A stretch of DNA of 64,000 bases. Source: Camelus dromedarius (Eukaryota). Numbering within the stretch: position 1 is the stretch's first letter; each line of letters begins with the position of its first letter. The notes beneath the pieces were generated by a model. It saw only the letters and a program-made list of their open reading frames with translations, had not been told where the DNA came from and made no database searches. The DNA is taken from NCBI RefSeq assembly GCF_036321535.1, contig NC_087436.1, positions 86,678,001 to 86,742,000 on the forward strand. The letters run 5' to 3'. Position numbers and translations under genes: made by a program. Positions 39,401-54,400 of this stretch are shown in pieces.

Positions 39401-42400
39401 CATACTGTAATCATGGGATTCTGTGGTAAATGGTAACTGAAAATGTGGCTTTAATCAAGGTCTATATTCAACTGGTTTATTTATCTGTGTAGCCATACTG
39501 TTGTTTAAAGTCAGTGACCATTCTGATTGATAAATGCCTGTCTGACTGTACCCACTGTCAAGCCGAAAATCTCTTTGGTGTTATGGATACATAATGTTGT
39601 GAACTCAATTAGGTAGCATACTTAGAGAATGTCAAGTATACAGAAGACATCTGTGATTAGCACTGTGGGGAAACACAGATGGAAATACACAGCCTATGTT
39701 CTCTCCAACAGCTCACAATCTAGTAAAAATAAGGATTAATCCAGACAGTCTTAACTGACAAATATTTGGTTTTAATATGAATTGCTGGGGAAGGGTTTAG
39801 CTCAGTGGTAGAGTGTGCGCCTACCGTGCATGAGGTCCTGGGTTCAGTTCCCAGTATCTCCATTAAAAAATAAGTAAGTACACCTAATTACCTCACCCAC
39901 CGCATTAAGAAAATTTTGGTGGGAAGAGACAGACTGGGATTTCAAAATGTAGAACAGACAAACAAGACTGTACTGTGTAGCACAGGGAAATATATACAGG
40001 ATCTTGTGGTGGCTCACAGTGAAAGAGAATGTGACAATGAATGTATGTATGTTCATATATAACTGAAAAATTGTGCTCTAGACTGGAATTTGATACAACA
40101 TTGTAAAATGACTGTAACTCAATTAAAAAAATGTTAAAAAAAAACATTAATTGTTATCTCCCCCCTCACCACCTCCAGCAAATATACCAGTTAGGTACTG
40201 CTTAAACCAGCAGTAAAACTCATCTGAATTTGTATTCCTTAAATGCTGACAGGACAGCATGGAACTGTAATCTAAGGATAGGCATCAAAGGAAATCTCAA
40301 CAGGTATTTAAAATATGGAAAGCATGTAGTTGAAAATTAACATTAAATAGCTTAAGCAATAAAAAAAAAAAATCAGTGGTACTCTACAGTATACTGCCAT
40401 AGATAATCTAAACGTTATTAAAAGATTTGTTATCATTATAAACAGGTTATATGGCAAAGAAATGTAAAGATTTTTTAGCATTTTGAAAAGAGGCACACGT
40501 CCAGATAATGCTGTTGCCTATCAATATCCTACAGAGCTTCTAAATATTCTTACACCAGTGAGGTATTTATTCTTTCATCATTAATTCATACCACTTCTCT
40601 CTCACTTACTTCAACAAACAGCAAGTATTGAAATATATAAAATGTTAGCTAGTAAATAAGAAATTCCTTTTAATCACCTTTAGTAGTTAGTAAAATTTAA
40701 ATAACAAAGCAATCTAGTGTAAAGACTATTATCGCATACATTGATCATCTTTTAGTCTCATTAAATCAGATATGTTCAAAATTAACTATTTCTACATCTT
40801 TTTTATAGAACAAAGGACACATTTATGCATCACTGAGTCATCATTACTTTCCCTTTTCATTTAGTTAATTCTCACCATACTAAAGAGACAAGAATCATAT
40901 ACCCAATCACAATTTCTGAATGGTTTGTGCTTCAGAACAAGTAATTTATAGTTGGAATAAGAAATTCACTGAACTTTAGAAACAATGTTGTCTGGAGTAA
41001 GCAACTCAAACTATCTAATCTTCTCTTTCATCTATTTTTGAGACAACAGATTCCCTAAAGCCACAGTCATTTTTCAAAGTTTCCTTATTATTTTTGAAAG
41101 CAGAGGTGATACTGGAAGGAAATCAAAGGTGTTGTGGTTGTGGGGCTGATGCAATAGCTAAAATTTAGAGGCCAGTGATGAATACTACAGGGAAGGATTA
41201 TTCATTCCCTCTGTACTCTGATCACAACTGCCACCTCTGAAAACAAAGACAACTCTCTTGCAAATGCAAAGTAAGTGGACAAGGCTCTCTAATATAAACT
41301 GATTTTACTAATAAAAAGCAAATTTTAACATAAATGGCACATGTAGTTCTGGTTAGGACCAGCAGATTATTTTCAACATTTACTACTGGCATTCTTCCTA
41401 GGCAGAAAGTAATTGTTACCTCAATCAATCCTGTGAGTTTCATTAAAAACTGGTTAAGGGGTATAAATATTGAAAGCTTATTGGGAATAAAATAACAAAG
41501 GCCATCAGATGAAAGGTTGAAAAGTATAAAATTTGGGGATTATTTGTGACTTTTTTCCTGCCACTGATCTAGTTTTTAATAAAAAAATCAAAAGTGGCTA
41601 AGAATATGATAAAAATTGACATTAATTTTCTGTCTTGTTTAATAGAAGTAAATACCAGGTACCTGGCACCCAAAACAGTCTCCTAAAAGGAAACCAGTAT
41701 ACAAAGAAAGACGACCAGACTGAGATTTTAATTTCAATCTCTGCACAGGATATAATTTGCTGACCTCCTCAATTCTTCAAGTATCTAAATATTTTTTCAA
41801 AACAAGGTAACATGGTTTACAATTCAATGTGGATTTATACATTACAATTAGCAGCTTTAATGTGAGGATCACTATCATATTTTTGGATTACAATTTTAGT
41901 ATCTGTCCATTCTTCTCTATTTTAGTACACTGTCTCTTTGCTTTTCTGAAATAATAAGACATGTATACTTTTGTTTCAGTGTGAACCTACTGAAAATATA
42001 ATGTAATAAATTTCATACCTGTTACTTTTAATGCATTGCAATCAATAAAGATGCTATTTTCAAATATATATTTTAGTTGTTAAATTCAAAATTTTAAAAA
42101 CACTCATGAATTATTTTTCTTTCAAAATCAAATGTCTTATTTACTATTTACCTGGTGGTGGAATCAGAGGTGGAGCAGTGCTGACAGTTGGAGGAGGTGG
42201 AAGAAATGGAGGAGGTGGAAGATGGGTAGGAGGAGCTCCTGGAGGGAAAAATGGAGGTGGTTTGCTAAAATTGTTGTCTACTTCAGTAGCAGATCTCTCA
42301 GAAAGGACCTAAAATTAGAGCATAGTTAATTAAAAAGATGAATAAATGTTCCTATCTAAGATTAAACTCAGTAAATTAATTTCATTCAATCTAAGAAGTA

Positions 42401-45400
42401 AGTTTCCTTCACAAATCTATTTTGGGGAGGCAGGAATAAGTTTTCTATGTGTGTGATGTGTGTATACTATACAGATGAGAGTATACACTCACACACTTTT
42501 TAAGATGTTCATATTCAAAGCCTAGGAAAAACTGAATCATTACAAATAAAATTCTTATGAAATAATTAAGGGATTTAAGAATATTCTAAACAAGAAACAA
42601 GTACTTCATAAATAAAATGTAATGAAGATTATCTTTGTTATCCAACCGAAGTTAAACTATTCAAATTAAGACAATATAATCATTACTCACAGATACTAGC
42701 ATTAGAAATTAACATGGCAGCAGAACCAGATAGTCACTGTACCAAGGCCTGTCATCACCAGGTTACAAAGAGACTAAGGCATGCATCAGCAGGATGCAAG
42801 TTAACAGGCAGCCAGATAAATAAATAACTTTTTCACATGAGCCTTGTAACTTTAAGAACAAGGGTTTATACTTAAAAAGTAAAAATATTTACAAAATACT
42901 GATCTGTGTGAACAGGTAAGGGACAGGCAACAAACCTACAGTAGAGTGGCACCTAGAAATTTGGATTTCTGACATGCTCCCTGAGGGATTCTGATGTGCA
43001 AACATGTTTGGGAAAAACAGCAGAAACAGGCAACATAATGTTATGTATTTAATTTATACTTTTCAAATCCTTGCTGGCTAAGCCATATCATTTAAACATA
43101 TAATTCCTCCTTTCATTAACTTTTCCTACATTTAAGCATAGTAATTTTTGAAAGGCTTATGCTGATAAGCAGTTTTTTAAAGTAAAAAACAGAATTATTC
43201 TAAGAAATCATGGCATTTTAATGATGGGGCGTTTTTAATGATAGGAAATAAGAGGATTATCTTCCATTTTAGAAATAATTTACCTTTAAAGATGCTAAAA
43301 AGAACATTTTACATGATTAATTTATTAAAGGTAATAAGGATCAAAAACACTTTGGACATTTTTAAAAGTACTCAGAGAAAGAAAATAGTGAAAAACATGT
43401 GATCAAGCTAATAGCTCAAAGTCTCAGTTACTCAAGTTCAAACTTGAATTATCCATGCTACTAATAACTCACCCCCTTTCATTCTTTCACTTGAAAAAAA
43501 GGAGATCTACTTCCCCCAGATATGCCACATTAAATAAATTATAGAAAGCCATATGATAAATCTATCATGAGATTTTAAACCATACTTTGAGAATGTGGGA
43601 AAATGCAAATGATAATTTCAAATTTAAAAAAAAATAAGGATACACAAAAATATAATCATAGTAGTATCTATCCCAATCTTGCCCACTGACGAGGAAGCAA
43701 TTTACCAGAATGTTAAGAGTTTCAGAATTACTGATGGTTTTATTTTCTTCTTTAAACTTTTCCCATATTTTCCTTTTTCAGTCCAATGAGCCTATATATC
43801 ACATTTATAGCAAGGAAAAGGAAATCTTACTGAAAAAGATTCAAAGGTTATAAATTCTAAATGGAACAGCTTTTGTAATAACAAAATGATTGATTCCACA
43901 TTTTAAATCCCTTTGTAGCACCTAACACATAGCATAGTGCTATGAATATATGTAGAGCACAGATATATTCCTTCAGTTAAAAAATAATAATAATTTTAAA
44001 AATACTAAACCTGTATGTTGCTGTTTTCATTTGCCCGTCGCCTTCCTTCTACCCGGCTGATAGTTATAGTCTGACCAATAACATCAATTGCCCCAGGCAA
44101 TCTCCTGTAACAAAAATTGAATCACTTCAGTTTGAGCTAATTAGATCTTTGAAAAATAATACAAATCTTAGGTAAGCAATAAAATCTAAAACCCTTTGCA
44201 ATGTAATTTAAAATAAAATTAAATCACAACACACACTGAAAAACCTTCATTTAGATATTGCTACTTCACATTGTCATAAAAACTAAGTTTTATTAATAAG
44301 GTAGAACCACCACTCCCAACAATGATCATAATGCTAAATCTTAAGTATTTTTGCAGGTTTTCTTTTAAATTTACTATTTTTTAACAGTGTCTAACTGAAT
44401 TTATCTTTGGGCAATTGAATCGGGTAGCAAATGCTGAACAAATAGAAATAAAAATTTAGGCCCTTATAACTCTAACACGTACCATGGTTTTATTACATAC
44501 AGAACTTTAAAAAAATTCTCCAGAAGGGCTTGAAAAGAAATAATGTTCATTTTAATACACACAGGATATTTTCCTTAGTGATTTATTCTGACCATTAGAA
44601 AGATTAAGGGAACCACTTTTCCATTTCTGATAACTTGCCTTTAGAGAGAAAAATTCAAATGTTTAAATGGTAGCTCCACCTCCAACTGTATTTAGAACTG
44701 TTAAAGTTTGTAAGTAGATGGAAAAATAGTCTATCACAAAAATGTTGCAAATTTAATATGAAAATCTAACAAGTTAAATTTTAAAAAGTAAAATAATGTT
44801 AAAAGCCATTTAGTGTAGTTAAGAACTTTAAAAATACATACATACTTAAGATATAGAAGTCACTCGAGGGAATAGGCAATGAAAAATGGATGCAAATTAG
44901 ATGAATTTTTTTTCATCTAATTTCAGTTCTGAACAATTCTGGTTTTAAAACTTTACAGAAGTAAACAAAGTACCATAGATCCTTCCACAGTCACCACAGT
45001 TAGGTTCCTAAAATGACTGATAACAGCAGCTACAGTCTGCTGAATTACTACATTTTATACCTAAACCTCACAATAACACAACTTAAAAAATTAATGTGTA
45101 CTGTTAGAGATGATAAAACTAGAGCCCAGAGTGATGTCATGAACCTCAGTAATAATTAAAGGGCAACACTAACTCTCACACCAGAGTCTTTCTGATTCTA
45201 AGCCTCAGACCTCTTCCCTTGAGCCATGCTGCCTCCCAGTGAGATAAGTGGCCTTTGAAAAGCTTACGATTTGTGGAAAGAATTTCTGTCTCAAGTGAAC
45301 CTTAAAAGCCCTATAAATAATTTTATGCTAACAAAAACAAAGGGCCCTACAGAAAGTCTATAATTGCATTTGAAATGTCTTCAAGTACACAGTTAATTCC

Positions 45401-48400
45401 TACCTACCATCTTGCCCACTTAAGACTTATGTTCTCTATAATTTTAATACATTTAAAAAACATTCAAGCCTTTCTGATTTTATGCCTGGGTCATTGACCT
45501 CCTAAGTTCCTTCATGATCTCAAAGATCAAAAGTGATTTTACTTAACTTGTACCCTTCAGTATAGCTGGGAAACTATCCTAACATTCACATATTAGAAAA
45601 ATTCAAATACCTCTGACATAATACAAATATTCCTCCAATTTTTTTCCTAAAACTTAAAATATTACAAAGCTATGACCACTATAATTTCATATCAAAGCAC
45701 TCTCCCATATATACATACATTTTAGATTCCAACATCCCAAGAGATAAAGGTATATATTATGAGGCCAGAATTAACCACCATTTATAGCTACCTAGACTTC
45801 ATAGTAAAAATCTTTATCTACTCTCCTATTTTCTTTTCCATTCTGTTCTATTCTCAATCACTGGATTCTCCTCTATCTTCTTAAAATTTATTCCCTACAA
45901 GAATAAATTCTCACAAATTTGTTTGGATTTGCAATTTGGATTGCAAATTCTCCAAACTGTTAGACGTAACAAAAGGGGAAAGATTCTACAATCTTTGACC
46001 ATGGATTTCTAAGGATTTCTGCTTTCAAAAATTCTGGGACACATGGGAGTACTCATTTATTAAAGTTTCTTCAGTATGGTCCAGAGAAGTCTGATCAGTT
46101 TTTTCAGCTTTAAATGGGTTATTCTATCACTAAGATTCAAAATGGCAAATACTGTTTCTAAAAACATACCAATAAGAAATTAGTCTTAAATGTATATTGT
46201 TAGAGGGAGTCTAGAAAACTGCAATTCCTTATTTTCCCATAAATATAACACCTCCTTGCTCAAGCATTTTTATCATACAAACTGATTTACCTTAATTAGA
46301 AAATGTGAAGTTTACCATTTTGTCAGAAATATTTTATAACAGATACACATGTATCAAAGTAACAAAAAGCCTTACTATTTGACACAGATGCCACATTATG
46401 GTAAGCAATATTGAACCTTACTACTCTTAAAGTTTACAATGTACTACTTTTTATTTTAATGCACAAAAAGATTTAGTAGAGCTTCACCATGAAGATCTAC
46501 TGTAACTTAGATTTCTACATAGCACAGGTTTAAATGGACTTACGTATCTGTTCAGTAAAGCAGACAGCTAATGCAACCATCAAGATTCTCTTCTCTATTC
46601 TGGACTCAATCATACAGTAAAAAGGCGAAAGAGACAGCAACTAACAATGGTGGATATCTGCAGTTTCATTAACCTTCAGTTTGATACAGGCAATGAATAT
46701 TCACAAGAACCTCTACCTTTCCTCCTAGCACAGATAAATATGAAGGCATCTGTGAAATTTTAATGGAATTAAATTAAAATGACTATTTTGATGATTCCGA
46801 TGTTCCAAAAATGGTATGAAAGCTGCTTACATAGACACAACAGAAATCTTAAAAGTGACAAACTCAGGAACAAGGGAAGATAGACAAAAGGTTAGTTATT
46901 AATTTTTTGACACAAATTTATCTCCGAACTTCCTATCTTTCAACAGCCAAAATAAAGGACATTCTTAATAACAAAGTCTTTAATGTGCATTAAGGTAAAA
47001 ACAAAGCACTAACTCTAAAGACTCCTTTTTTTGGTAATAATAATAGCTAATATTTATTGAGAACCTACTATGTGCTAGGAAAGCACTGTTTTAAGCATGT
47101 TATATATAGTTACTCCTCATAATAACCTTATGAGGTAGCAACTATTATTTCCATTTTACATTTATGAGAATAAAAGAAAAAGATTTCTCCTTCGAGTTCA
47201 CCTTAAGAGAAAGTATGATAGAGCACAGCAGTTTTAAACTTTTAAAACGACAAAAGTTATTTAAGAAATACATTTTGCACAGCAATCCAGTAAACACATA
47301 AACAAAAAACAAAAGTTTTACAAAACAGTACTTACTGTAAAGGAAAAAGTAACATTAAAATTAAAAGATTTTATTCATATTTAAATATAACACAGGAAAA
47401 AAACAAAATAAAACCAAGAAATATTTGGTGGTTGAGACCACCAAAACTGATTTCACACCCTCCTAACGGATTGCAATCTCATGCTTTGAAATACACTGAA
47501 AATAGGGACAAAGTCTCCAATATCACTACAATAAAAACAAAAGTGAATGTCACAGACCTGTTTCTCAAAATGTTCCTCAATACTGGATGAGGCATAACAG
47601 TGTACAATTCAACAAAAGTAATTTAATCAGGACAGCAAAACAGTGTGCTGTGGTTTGAAAACACTGTCCTTTTGATGGCCAAGCTTAATCTAAGGATTTA
47701 ATGATATTTCTGAGCAAGAGTTCTTAACTAGTATACATGGGATACAGAGAGATAATGAAGTCACTAAACCTAAATATATGCATGTGTATACATGTATTTT
47801 TCAAGCAGGAGTCCACAGTTTGCAGCAAATTTTCAAAGAGCCTACTGCTTCAAAGTTCAGAACCACTATTCTTTTAATAAAAACCACTATTTTTTTAATT
47901 AAAAAATTAATGTATCACATATCCTTGCAGAAATCTATGAACACAGTTTTCTCACAACAGACCCTCTAGTAAGAACTGGGCAGCAGATTGTTCAAGGATG
48001 GAATCTCTAGATAAAAACTAGAATGTGACTATTTCATATTCCCAAATTAAAGACAAATGCACTTAGTATGATTATCTAACTCAGGTCATACATCTGAATA
48101 GATGGCTGTAACACTTCTGCATGGAAATTGGTGTGACATCTTTTAAGCAACTTTAGGAAAGAAATGAGCTTTGAAAGACACGTAGAATGGATTTAACCAC
48201 ATAGGATGGGAAAGGAGGACATTTTAGATGGAGGTAAGAACAAGAGTAGGGAAAATATATTATAGAGGATTCCAATTTGGCAAATATACTAGCTACCAAT
48301 CTGTGTGCAACAGAAAAAGCATGATCCACCTTTGACAGTGATTACCAACGAAAAGACTTTCAAAGAGGCAGAGACTATAAATTAAATGAGAATAACATAC

Positions 48401-51400
48401 AAGAAAGAGTTCTCTGAGGCTGTAAAATGCTATGCAAGTATCCGTTCTCATTATAGCTAAATCTATCAACTTACTTCAAATTCCAAGGTGCTCAATTAAC
48501 ATTTGATTTTAGTTTTTATGCCAAGCCAGAATTCAGTCTCTAAATCAGTGGTTCTCAAACTGCCTGCACATCAGAATCATCTGGGGAGCTTTTAAGCCTC
48601 CCAAAGCCCAGAGTGCACAACAAATATTTAAATCAGAGTCTCTCAGGCCTAAGCATCGATCGTTTTTTGTAGCTCACCCCATGTAATTCCAAAATGTAGA
48701 CAAAGTCGAGGACTACAACTAATAGCATGCTCAAAAAAGAAACTTATATTTTGCCCTCTTCTAGAAAGAATTTAAAGAAGTTAATAGAAGTTAATATTTA
48801 ACTCAATATTACTCAATAAATATAAAGTTATACCTATCAAGGTCTGACAGTTATTTTATGGATTTCATTGCATACATATTTTCATACTGACCTTTTGAGT
48901 TTTGTGGACTTGACAGTACTGCTTCTATTTTTTCTTTTTTCCTACTTTCACAAGCACGAGAGTAATATTCTCTATACTGTATACACAGTTTTTAAAGAAA
49001 ATATCTTCTGTTTTTCAGGTAGAGACTTCTTAATAAAAAACTCTGTCTAGAAAAGTGATACATGTCCAAAATAAAAATAACAGTACTTAAAAACTGTCTT
49101 CAGGACATGCAGTTTATTTTCTATCAAACTATTTTTAAAGCCTATAATGGAAGCAGTGATCCAAAGACACCTAAAACTTTAGCGGGTGCCCTGCAATAGC
49201 TCTTTCACAAGCTTAAAAATTATGTCATCCATATGTACATTGCAAGTAAGATACAAGTCCAATTAGTTTCATTTTCACAGATGTGGAAAGAGGATGATTT
49301 GTGAAATAGAGTGCCAACACTGGATTCAGGCTCGGGTATGAACAACTCTAAACCCTTCCCTTCTACAGTGTTGTTTTCCATGCTAATTTTCTGGGGCCTG
49401 AATTTTTAAAATATCAAGCTACTTTTTCAGCTATATTGAAAAAAAAAACACCTGAAATATGCTAAAATTTAACTCACTGGAGAACATAAATGTGTTCATT
49501 AGGGCAGCCAACTTTACTCACTTTTGTGCAGAGCTTGGAATAAAGCTTTGCCGGCCATACTTATGCTTAGCTGAATTTCTTAAGTGTATCATTGATAGAA
49601 AAAGATATGCTTCCATAGGTAATTAAAAAAATAAATACCTTCATATGTCCAATCACATAAAATGTTAACAAGCTACACAATACAGCAACATGCATTCAGA
49701 GTGCTCACATGCTATGAAGGTGCAGGTATATTTTTTCAGTGTATGATTTCATCAAGACATAGTGCAAGAACAAATGAAGTCGATCTTAGATTTAATGTTC
49801 ATTCAACATTCTGCTTTATTGTAAGTTTTAAGTTTGTCTATTATAAGAAATGGAAGCAGGTTTAAATATTTCAGTGATTCTACAATATAAAGCAATTTTT
49901 ACTATTCCTCTTTCAAGAGCCTCAATTAGTTAAAAAGTATTCTGATTTTGGAAAACAAGCTTAATAAAACAACCTAGAATTTGCAACTAATTACTAACAG
50001 GAGCACAGTTTGAAATTATAAAATGGAAACAAAATACAGAAATAAACTAGACATCACGATAAGATTATAGCAATCATCCATATTGCCAATTTCAGTTTTT
50101 TGTGTTCATTAAAACTGCTTCATTCTTCCAACTGGCTTTACAAGAGTTACAGATCTGAATGTACAAAACAAACTTGGACCAATAAAATGTTACTGTTATA
50201 TACATAGTTAGCTTGAAGAGTTAAAAAAAAATACTATGTTGTATAAATTAAGAGTAACAGGGTAAGAAAAGAAGTCTGGGTCTCCCAATATAGTAACTTA
50301 TGAACAGGATCTCAACCACTGTTTAACTGTTCTTTAAAAAGAGACTTAAGGAATGCTTCAAAAAAAACCTCCCCATTTCTCACTTACATTAATTACAAGA
50401 GCTGGAATCTCATTTTCTATCTTATGCTGCAAGAAAGTGTGTTTCCTGTATTTTTTTAAATTTAATTTTCAAAAGCACAAAATACACATTGAAAATACAG
50501 TGTCAAAACTTCCTACTACCTATATTCCCTGAGACTAATCACAAAATCAGAATAGTTTTCTGAGTTACCAAAACATCTTATTTTGGTAGTGGAGGTGAAG
50601 GGGTAGTGTAATGGAAGTTGCACAGTCTAACTACTGAGATGTTTCACTTTCAGATATAAGAACTAATATTTCCCTTATAAAATAACTACTTTATTTCAAG
50701 ACATAAATTATCGTATAAAAAACACAACTATTTTAAGTAAAGATTACAAGTCAAATGATTGATATAAAAGGAATTTCAGATGTTAAAATACAACAGTAGC
50801 AAAAGAAACAAACGTAAAGTTTAAAATTACAACAAAATAACTGATTTTAAGTATTTCTGTGGCTTTGCTTATGAAAGTCAACTTGCCTGCACTGCAGTAT
50901 TTGAAGGCAAAAAACCTAGGAATTCTTGCCCTGGCTGTGCCTCTTACTTATCAGCCATGAATTTCAGCAAATCCCCTAATTTCTTAGATCTCCTATTCCA
51001 TGTAAATCAAGGACTAGCCAGAAAATAAAGAATTTCAGGATTAAAAAGGTCTTCCAGATAACATAGTCCAGCCGCATCACTTTACAAACATGGAAGCAGA
51101 GGCCTAGAGATTTTAGAGAACTATCCTACATTCACGTAAGTGCAAAACCAAATTTGATACACAAATCCAGTACTTGGGCCATAAAACTCTCTAAGTTTAA
51201 GAAAGCAGTTATTCTTTTTACACATAGATGACTACTCATTCATTATCAACAGTAGCTTGATGAAAATGAAAGCTCTACTGTGCCCTTTTGGTAGAGTAAA
51301 TAGGCTGTCCATGCTGCTAGTCGGGTTAAATATAAATCAAAGTGTTTATGCACGATGTACTATAATATAATAACCAAATCAGTTATCATTTAGAAGTATA

Positions 51401-54400
51401 TTATTAGCACTGCTATTTAACTTTTGGGTTCCACAGGAATATTAAATGTGAAAAGGCTCATACACTCCAGTCAACACTTGTCAGATTTAACTTTTCTTTA
51501 TTTAAAATAACTCCTGAAATTTCCTGTTGGTTCTTCAAGGAGAATTTTACTTTTAAAAACTAAGATCAATCTATACTGTATACTACAGATGCAAAACTGT
51601 CCATGAATACTTTTAAAATAATAGTAATGTATGTACATTTTCATTCTATAACCTGTTAAAACAATACATATAACTGACACTACTCTAAAAATATAAGTAA
51701 TATATTTTTATCTGCATCAATTACTATACTTATCATTTGGACATCCATTAAAAAGTCAAAACATTTTTGACTTTGAGATGAATATCCTCTTGAGAATAAC
51801 TAACTTATTCTCCTTAACAAGAAATCCTATCAAAGCAAGTTGACTAGAAATTGTTACTATTCATGGACAATATATAATGGAGATCAATCTCAAAATAAAA
51901 TAAAATAAAATAAAATAAAATAAAATAAAATAAAATAAAATAAAATAAAATAAAATAAAATAAAAATTTTGATGTGTTTCCTCCCTTTACTTTTCTTTTA
52001 GGTGTTATGATCAAAGACATACGATCATAACTTAAATATTTAAAAGTTTGTAAGTGAAAATAATTTAAAGCACATTAGCATCAAAACTGCCCAGGAAGAA
52101 AGCTTAAAATTCTTTAACCACAAAAGCAGACAAAATAAACCCCCATATACTATCACCTTATTTAAAACTTCAAAAGATAAATTAGGAAGGTATCTTAGTC
52201 TTTATTTCTAAGGCAAGCAAAGTATAATTGCTTACACTGATTACTGTTGGCAATGCATTTTCATACCCTAAAATATTTGCTTCTCATTACATCCCTTAGG
52301 ATAGAAATTATTATTCCCATTTTATAGGCTGAGAGAATTTACAATACCCATCCAAGGCTGTATGCTTGTTAATTTAAGATTTAGAACACAAACCAAAATT
52401 CTATGGAGGGTGGATCATGAGTAAAAGGTACGTATTACTTCCTAGGACAGCTGGTAGACCCATTTAATAGAATGGCAGGCTAACGCACTGTTGTTGGGAT
52501 ATAAAGACTGAAAAGACTCAGTGGAGCCTAATTTTATAGGTCCTAAAGACAGGCTCAGAGGGCTAAATTTTATTCCACAGATAGTGAAAAGCACCCATGG
52601 ATTTTTAAATAGGGTATGATATGAGAAAGGAAAATTAAACCTGCAGCAAGGGGAAGAAAAAACATTTACTCAGCACCCATTAGCATGGTTCCATGCAACT
52701 AATAATATACTACAAAAGGCTGGAGAGATGAAGGGCAAGACATGAGGTGACAGGACCTGATTCATGAGGTAACTTAAAAAATCCTTCAATTCTATACTGA
52801 AAAATATAATTTAGGGGGAAAATATGGCACAGTCTACTCAAAATTTATTATCTTTCTAATAAGACAAAACAACACTGATGATCTAAACATCAGGAGCATC
52901 CAATGTTTAAAAACAGCCTTACCTTAGGTCGGGTGATTCGGCCCTCCCATATCGATCCTGCCACTTCCCAACGCTTGAACTGGCTTTTCTGGAGGCAGTA
53001 CTTGTCTGAGACTGAGAAGAGGTGCTGTTTCTGGTGAGATAAATTTTCTATGTTTTTCTTACATATTGTTGTCTCTGACCCCCCTTGTTCTGTTTCTTCT
53101 TTTCCTTGACATGCTTTTTCTGAAGTCCTTTAGCATGTTCCTATAGTATCATTCTCTTCAAGTCACCTGAAATACTTGCTGTGGGACTCAGACTGATAGT
53201 GGTATTCAAATATAGATGTGCCTGTTATCAACATTAACTCTAGAATATTTTTAGGAATATTTTTCAACACAGACAGTATGATGTCAAAATGCAGAAATGA
53301 GAAAAGAACCAAACGGTTTACTTCAGGTTACATATAGTATCAAGAAATAAATTTCTGTGCTTTTATAAATTAGTAACAATTTCTGCAGTTTCACAAAACC
53401 GTATTCAAAACTTTGGTTATTTCTTTCCCTAATTCTTCAATAATATGAATAAATATTGTTAGCGTAACCAGTTAACAGCAACATTCTGATGTGTTTCATA
53501 AAAGCCTAAATACGTATTTCATAAAAATTCCATTTCAAAATAATTAAAGTCTTTCTAAGTAAAATTCTAAAAAAAGTTTTTTACCTCTGGTGTTCCGCTA
53601 TTTACACTCTTGCCAATCCTTTAAAGGACTAATAAGACAGTCTTTCAAAGCAACAGAAAAAATATGTATGTTTATGTATCTGCTTATTTATGCAAAAAGA
53701 AACAGAGGAAGAATAAACCAGAAACTAGATGAAATAAAACTGTTTATTAATGGGAATGAAAAAACTGGGGAAGAGCAACTAATCTGAGTATACTTTTGGA
53801 TGGCCTTGCCTTTGAAACTATGTTAAATGTTTTATAAATGCAGAAAATAACTAAGTCAATAAGCATGAGGAATAGAAATGCTAATACTAAATAAGTACAA
53901 ACAGAAACAATGGATCATATTTTAAATGACTAATATTACCACTCTGAAGGAAATTTTTGAGTACAATATTTTGACTATATACCCTCAGTCTAAATAAGTG
54001 AAAACTGCCACGAAATCTTGAGCTCTATTACGTTTGTTTTTCTGTAATGGTAGGTGCAGAGTTCTAATCTATTTTGTGTGTATTTCAAGATTAAGCAAAT
54101 GAATATACATATAGAACTTGGGAACTTGGTTCCCACTTGGGAAAAGGAAGATGCGATATGGAATAGGAAAAGACAAGTAGAACCTGTGGTATCATACTGG
54201 AAGTAAAAGAAACATGACTGCATGATTAAAACTTTATAAGAAGAATATACATATGGCAATTTCATACTGAAATTGCTTTTTTCCCTAGCTCTGGGTGCTG
54301 TAAAGGCCTAGAAATAGTGACACCCCAATAGCATAGAGCATAACTAGAGCTAAGATCATAGTTACTAATTACCATTTCCCACTAAAAGGCATCATGGTCC

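Noticed and set aside
39787..39862. Possible intact tRNA gene
   Set aside because: Has A/B boxes but continues into a SINE tail with a TSD-like flank; acceptor stem is not intact
42106..42329. Gly-rich and Trp/Arg-rich + strand ORFs
   Set aside because: Antisense shadow of the FIP1L1 Pro-rich exon
44894..44923. Perfect 12-bp inverted repeat (aaattagatgaa / ttcatctaattt) resembling a terminator
   Set aside because: AT-rich eukaryotic intron; bacterial terminator logic does not apply, and a local template-switch or chance origin is likely
45921..45957. Imperfect hairpin gtttggatttgcaat...attgcaaattctccaaac
   Set aside because: Too short for a pre-miRNA and no other support
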